A DNA stretch of 64,000 bases from Lingula anatina (Eukaryota > Animalia > Brachiopoda): NCBI GenBank assembly GCA_051362555.1, contig CM120646.1, positions 5,394,001-5,458,000 of the forward strand. Direction: 5' to 3'. The position numbers and the translations under genes were made by a program. Positions within the stretch are counted from its first letter, which is position 1; every line of letters begins with the position of its first letter. The notes beneath the pieces are model-generated. The model did no database searches, had not been told where the DNA came from, and worked only from the letters and a program-made list of their open reading frames with translations. Shown one piece after another: positions 12,427 to 64,000 of the stretch.

Positions 12427-12592
12427 CAGGCCCGTAGCCAGCAATTTCAAAAGGGGGGGTTCTTTTTCTGAAAAAGTGGACCTTTTACCATATAATCCCC
12501 ATGTACCTAGGTCAAATTTTACCCAGAGTGGACCTTTTTCTAGCAAAAAGGGGGGTTCTTTCGAACCCCCCGACCCCCTAGCTACGGGCCTG
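12427..12592 (+). mobile_element. 166-bp MITE with 5-bp TSD (hAT5-like, inferred)
   Basis: TIRs CAGGCCCGTAGC / GCTACGGGCCTG, with TSD TTTTA on both sides. Confidence 0.85.
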
Positions 12593-13043
12593 TTTTACCA
12601 GATGAGGTTTTAGGCCTTGCAAGCTAATGGCGAATCTAGCTTCCAACGCAGTCGCATCTGTTTGGTTCGCTATCAGGAGCGTTTTCAAAAGACATGAAAC
12701 TCAGGTCGTGGAACCCGCATTGGTAAATTCGGCCTTTTCCATCCCCCACCACAAACTCCCAACCCTTGTTCCCCATGAACTGCGGTTTTAGCTAGTTCCA
12801 AAAGTTGCATCTAATGAGCGCAGACTCTACTTCAATGTCAAACCGCTGCGTGCAGCGAACTCTGTAAATATCGAGCCGACTTTCTTTTCAACACCTGTCT
12901 GCAACTTTTAAGTCTATCTAAGGTCTATAAGGTCTCCTTTCCCTTTTAAGCACAAAAGGGCATTTGTACGTGTTACAATAACTTTTTTAAATAAAACATT
13001 ACTTTGTAAACAGTCTATTTACTATCTTTGTAATAGACCCACT

Positions 13044-13230
13044 CAGGGGCAGATCCAGGATTATTTGAAGGGGGGGGGGGGGCGCTGTTACGAAGCCGAC
13101 CCCCCCCCCCCCCCCCCACCTTCCCGCCTTGGCGTGTGCCATTTGGTACGGTTTAGAATTCTAATTTCAAGAGGGGACCATTGATGTGATTATTTCAGAA
13201 ATTGAAGGGGACCCACCACTGGACCCACCT
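13044..13230 (+). mobile_element. Internally deleted copy of the CAGGGGCAGATCCAGG MITE family
   Basis: CAGGGGCAGATCCAGGATTATTTGAAGGGG is identical to the start of the 16879 copy. Confidence 0.65.
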
Positions 13231-13917
13231 GCTTCTGTTAATACCTCAGAGGGCATCTGTCTTTTTTAATTTGATAATTTTGTATACTCAAAATCAAATT
13301 GATGGGTTGTCCCATTGATCAATCGTTCACTCAAATTATGACGACACAAAGCACAGTGTTTCCAGAAAAGTTGTTAATTGGATTGTTTTGCAAAATATTT
13401 TATCAGCCCTGTATAGCTTTACAATTAAGTAAAACGATGATTTTTGTGAGCCATATTTCCCCCAATTTACTGCGACTCCTTTCATATTGCATATTGCATA
13501 TGAACGGTTAACACTTGCTTTGTCACAATTGTAAATTACGTGCATTCCATCATTAACTCGTAAGTTCGAAATGGTTTCCTAATCACTCGACCTTTATGAA
13601 CATTAAAAAGCTGCGTGATCATACAAACTATGATCAAACTAGTGATTGATTCAGTTTCCTGCCATTACCGAGCTGCTTCCGTGCTCGAAGCGGAATCCGA
13701 AGATTCGCAATATTTGATACTAAGTGTTGCAGAATTTTTGTCACACAGCGTAAAAAAAACCTAGCTTATATTGGCCATATAGGTACACAAAAGATCCAAA
13801 TAGGACCAAGGATCTTACAATATCAAAGGTGTATTGTACCGCCGTGCGCTAGGTTAACGATAGTTAAAATAGACTTTGCTACATTGAGACTTCATCCTAC
13901 AGATAGCCGTTGACGCT

Positions 13918-13990
13918 ATGGTCGGTCAGCAACGCTTTGCTCTCCTGCTGTATTCTTTGGCTGTGTGTCTGGTGCTGTTAGTTGATGGAG
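13918..13990 (+). CDS. Candidate signal-peptide exon 1a of the PKHD1L1-like gene (MVGQQRFALLLYSLAVCLVLLVDG)
   Basis: ATG, a hydrophobic core and a phase-1 donor GGAG|GTAGGT, in frame with the exon at 26877. An upstream acceptor lies at 13901-13902. Confidence 0.55.
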
Positions 13991-14386
13991 GTAGGTAGAT
14001 TATCATAAATAACAATGTTGTATGTTTTCCGTTCGCGTGTAATTTCAAGTAACGGCCAATAATCCTAACTTTCGTGTTCTAGACTTTTCGTTTATTGATA
14101 TCCGAAACATACGGGCCTAAAGAAGAACGATAACAAAATCAGCTGAAAGTATATCGAAATAACAGGTGTCAAAACTTTTACGTTTGCCAGCAGTCTTTTG
14201 CAGCCACCTTTGGATGACTGTAGAACAGTGAAACTGATAGTGTTAATGTTGTCCTTTGTGTGACAAGCTCACTAAAATTTGGAGGTGTTGATACTATGCA
14301 TGTCTTGAGCATGGAGTAGTGAAGGCGCATCAAAACGTGAAAGTGACAAATAAAATACGAAAGATTAAAAGAAATAAAGAAATTAC

Positions 14387-14418
<32 letters not shown>

Positions 14419-16878
14419 AAAAACGTGGCCTGGTGTGACCTTCGCAGCTTTTTATGGGTGGTGATAGATAATGAGATCTTAACTATTTATCTAGTCGTTT
14501 TTGTTTTGGAATTGTTATTATCATCTTTTTCTTTATTTGGTCGAACATCTTTCATCTGTGCGCAGAGAAAATCTAACAGGGTAGTGTGAACTGTCTTATG
14601 TGATAGATCATGTAATGGACCAACAAATAGAAAAAATATTTTAAAATAAATAGCAAATGGTGTCTTCTTTTTCTTCGGGTCGACTTTATGAACCAAAATA
14701 TGCTCCAAATATAATATTTAAAAAACGTGTGTCGGAGGAGAAATCTTCCATTAATATCGTGTCGTATGTTGTTTTATAACTATTTCTTCTCTCTTTCTTC
14801 ATTCATATGTTTATTTTGTTTTAAACACACTACACAGTTGATAAAGCGGGGATGAGAGTGAATTCACTTCTGCTGAAAACATTGCCTTTGCTGAGTATAG
14901 AATTGTACTATAACTCGACTTTTTGTCAGTTTGCACTCAAGGCAATTGCCTCCGTTCCAACTGAAATGCTCGCGCTTGATTAGTTAAGAGGGCATGTATC
15001 AGGTTTATCAAAAAGAAAACTAAAAAACTTTTCTTCCATGAGATACCAAGGAACGACAGGTACTCAAATTATACATTATTCAATTTTTTAACATGTCGAA
15101 ATACAGTCGCGCTGGTGGCAGAATTTAATTTGATTTCTCTTCAAAACTTCTTCACTGTTCAACGTTCAGTGCCATTACGTATTTGCACAACCAAACGATA
15201 TTAAATTCAACATGAGCTACTGACATCATAGTAATTACAAACATGACTTGCGTTTTTTTTTTTTTTTTTTTTTTTTGCGTGGTTTTGATTCACATAAGTT
15301 TGCATATCACCAGAGGCAACTAGGAATTACGCAGATTTTACCAATTCATACTGCTTCTAAACTTGTCACTGCATGTACAACAGTATAGAATTTCTAATCA
15401 TATAGTCTACAACCCTGTCATGCGCACACATGCACATACACACACACACTCATTTGTTGCGATCGGCGTCAGTCAACTAACGGCATGGGCCCTATAGAGA
15501 TGACATAGGCAAAGTCAGGACCATTAGTAAAAGTTTAAACATTCTTTGACTGGTTATCGTTTCATTTACTATAGAAAAAACGTACAAGTTGATTGTAGTG
15601 CAAGGCGAGTACCGATATAGATGCATATTGTGAAGAAGGTACGTTATGCTACACGATATGCGTTAAACACAGGTGTAGTGAGCGCACCTGTAATGAACTT
15701 GTCATTGACACAAAGAAGACCTCCAATAAAAAATACTTCAATTGCGTTATTTTCGTATAACGTATCAGCTAACAAATTACTCCGTCTTTGTTATGATACA
15801 AAGATGCACAAAGATACTTTTTTTTACCAGTTCGTGGATGTGACTTAAGCAGTGGATTGAACTTCAGGTCGCTCTTAATAACGAGACGGTGTTTTAAGAT
15901 TTTAGTCACTAGTCAAGAGTAATTCAATAAAAAAGATAGGAAGAAACAGGGCAATTGACTTCATCTTTCTGTGCCTCGTTCGAAACTTCGATGAATGAAA
16001 TGTCTTATTCGAAAGAATGATCTATTTTATTAGTTTACCTGATTACAGTGATTTGTTTGGTCAATGGGTCAGTTTGGCATAAAGCTCGGAAGGGTCAGGC
16101 AGTTTTCTTTGGGTCATGCGGATCCGAACGCTCTCATTTAAATTGATTTGAATGACTAAATACAAAGTTTATGCAATAAAAGAAAGTAAGAAAGAAAATA
16201 ACATGGCAAACAGTTTGAAAAAAATAGATATAGTAAAAAAAAAGGAATGCACGGAAGTTAAGGTAACTGAAGAAGAAAATAGAATCATTTATTTACAATG
16301 GCAAAAGAGCAGGGCAAAGATAGTTAACAAATATTAGGTTTGACTTTTGGAGAGAAAAGAGACGTTCTGTCTGTGACTGAACTTGCTCAATTATTTCTGT
16401 TGCTACTTTTAGAACTCACAAAAGTTTTTAAAGGATTGTATTCCGTTACACGCACGAAAAGTTTTCCAAACAGATACAAATTAAATCGTTATAACACCTA
16501 ACTGACAACACGCCATTCGGTCAATTAAACCCTCTCGCTACCCATAGAAACCTTGACAGAAATTGCAATGATTACGACAAATCAATGTAATTTGTTGTCA
16601 CGTTGCCTGGCAACATTGATACAAGAAACGACACCAATCCATTTTGCTCATGCTATATCGATCGCAGAGAGCATCGTGATAAAATGTCGTACAATAGAAG
16701 ATGCGCACTTGTCCAAGAGTGCGTGAGGATAAGTCACTCAAGTTTGCTAGGCTCCAGTGAGCGAAATAATTTGAAGAGATGTTGCTATTTTCTCTATTCG
16801 AGATAAAAAATGGCAGATTGATCACTGGCGCCAAAGTTGCAATTACGACGACGGGGCATTATTTCTGCTTTTTGAACC

Positions 16879-17178
16879 CAGGGGCAGATCCAGGATTATT
16901 TGAAGGGGAGTCCGTTTTTTTAGGAATGACAGGTCACGGAAGTGTAGCCGACCCTCGACCCCTCCCTCCCCCCCCTCCCCCCCCCGACCCCGGGGTCCGC
17001 TGAAGGTCACCGAAAAATTTTATTTTAGAGGGCGAACGGTGCCGTTTGGTCCAGTTCAGAACTATGATTCAGCAAGTCAAATTTCTAAAAAATTTCAAGA
17101 GGGAAGTTTTGGTGTCATTTTTTTTAGAAATCGAAAGGGGGGGTCGGGATCCCCCTGATACCCCCTTAATCTGCCACT
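16879..17178 (+). mobile_element. MITE of the CAGGGGCAGATCCAGG family
   Basis: Imperfect TIRs CAGGGGCAGAT / ATCTGCCACTG, and an interior similar to the 12079 copy. Confidence 0.7.
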
Positions 17179-17409
17179 GTTAGGTACATTTATTTCCCAT
17201 TTCATTATGCACATGAATTTACAAGGGAGTTGAAGTCCCAAGACGAAAGTACTTAGAGTCTATTGGTAATCCAAACATTTTGCCACTTAAATTACACAAT
17301 ATAGCACCAAGTAATCAAATATTTTTACTATCTCCGTCCAAAATGTTCCTATGAAATATAGCACAGGTGCTGAGCTTGCTTATGCCCAGTTTTGGTGAGC
17401 TTCATTCTG

Positions 17410-17410
<1 letters not shown>

Positions 17411-17474
<64 letters not shown>
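17411..17474. repeat. (TA)n microsatellite; others at ~30421-30496, 47695-47757, 60471-60535, 63699-63781
   Basis: Direct inspection. Confidence 0.95.
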
Positions 17475-17479
<5 letters not shown>

Positions 17480-18260
17480 TTATTTATTTATTTGTGCAAA
17501 ATGCACGGTCGTGCTCTAGACTGCTCGAACTGCCGATCATTTATCCTATAATATTTCTGGAAGATGTGCATCAACAAAAAGCAAGGTATATCTATTCATG
17601 TATGTTTTAATTTTTTCACTGAAATAAAGGTAACATTTAGCTACACATCAGAATTAAGAAAATCGCTCATTCTCACCGCATTCAGATAAGGCTGCATTAC
17701 GACGTCGGCGATTGCTTCTCTCCGTCTCAACTGTCACAATGCCGGCTGTGATTCCCTCTTCTCACCTGTAACAATTTTGCATGGGGAATCAGGATTGGGC
17801 GCACAACAGGCTAAATAGTCCCACCACACCCTCGACAAACAGAGAAACGAGACAAAAAACGTGCTTTTTCAACCCTGTACAATACATGTTACAGTAAAAT
17901 TCCCCTGCTCTACTGTTTGATACCCGTCGAGCGATACTCGGCAAAATCCAAGCCTTGCCTCCCCCCCCCCCCCCCCCCGCCCGCCCGCCCGCCCCTAATC
18001 CAAATATGTGGTCCACCAGTGCAGTTATATATGGGAACGAGATTTCCGCTCACCAAATGCACTCACATCGCGTCGCTATCGTCGCCGTAAAACGAAACGC
18101 TCTAATTATGAATATGAAAGGAACCCTAGCTGCGTGTTGCATAATTCTCTGTATAACAATTGAAGCAAGCGCTAACCCCTCAGACTCGCCGTAGAACCAC
18201 GGCTGGGAACGAGTGTACCCTTTGTGAAAAGGAAATTGTTACTGAAAACCGACCGAGTGG

Positions 18261-64000
<45,740 letters not shown>

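Noticed and set aside
18108-18194. Short ORF MNMKGTLAACCIILCITIEASANPSDSP resembling a third signal peptide or uORF
   Set aside because: It ends in a stop with no splice donor, and a chance hydrophobic run is likely. At most a uORF if it is transcribed.

Overview
This is AT-rich, intron-rich animal genomic DNA from an invertebrate, mollusc-like in its repeat content; the species cannot be determined from the sequence. It is not prokaryotic: I saw no CRISPR array, operon, rRNA or tRNA, and most ORF-track entries are exon fragments or microsatellite read-throughs. Contents on the + strand: (1) 1-1566: tandemly duplicated exon-intron units carrying a 52-bp minisatellite, probably non-coding. (2) 6371-11922: a complete 7-coding-exon gene, assembled by hand, for a 636-aa type I membrane protein (signal peptide, CCP/Sushi, PAN/Apple, EGF-like, 4x CCP, TM, Tyr-motif tail). 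(3) From ~13918/18261 to beyond 64000: a PKHD1L1/fibrocystin-L-like gene (IPT/TIG repeats, PA14, cupredoxin-like fold, G8, beta-helix, second G8, second beta-helix), cut off by the window end. Introns and intergenic DNA hold several non-autonomous DNA transposon families and many microsatellites. The most unusual signals are the receptor's domain architecture, two competing signal-peptide exons for PKHD1L1, repeated tandem duplications centred on PKHD1L1 splice sites (including an 8x26-bp array of acceptors in which all but the last run into a stop), and an RKKR furin motif at the start of the second G8 domain. All gene models come from manual reading and need RNA-seq confirmation.
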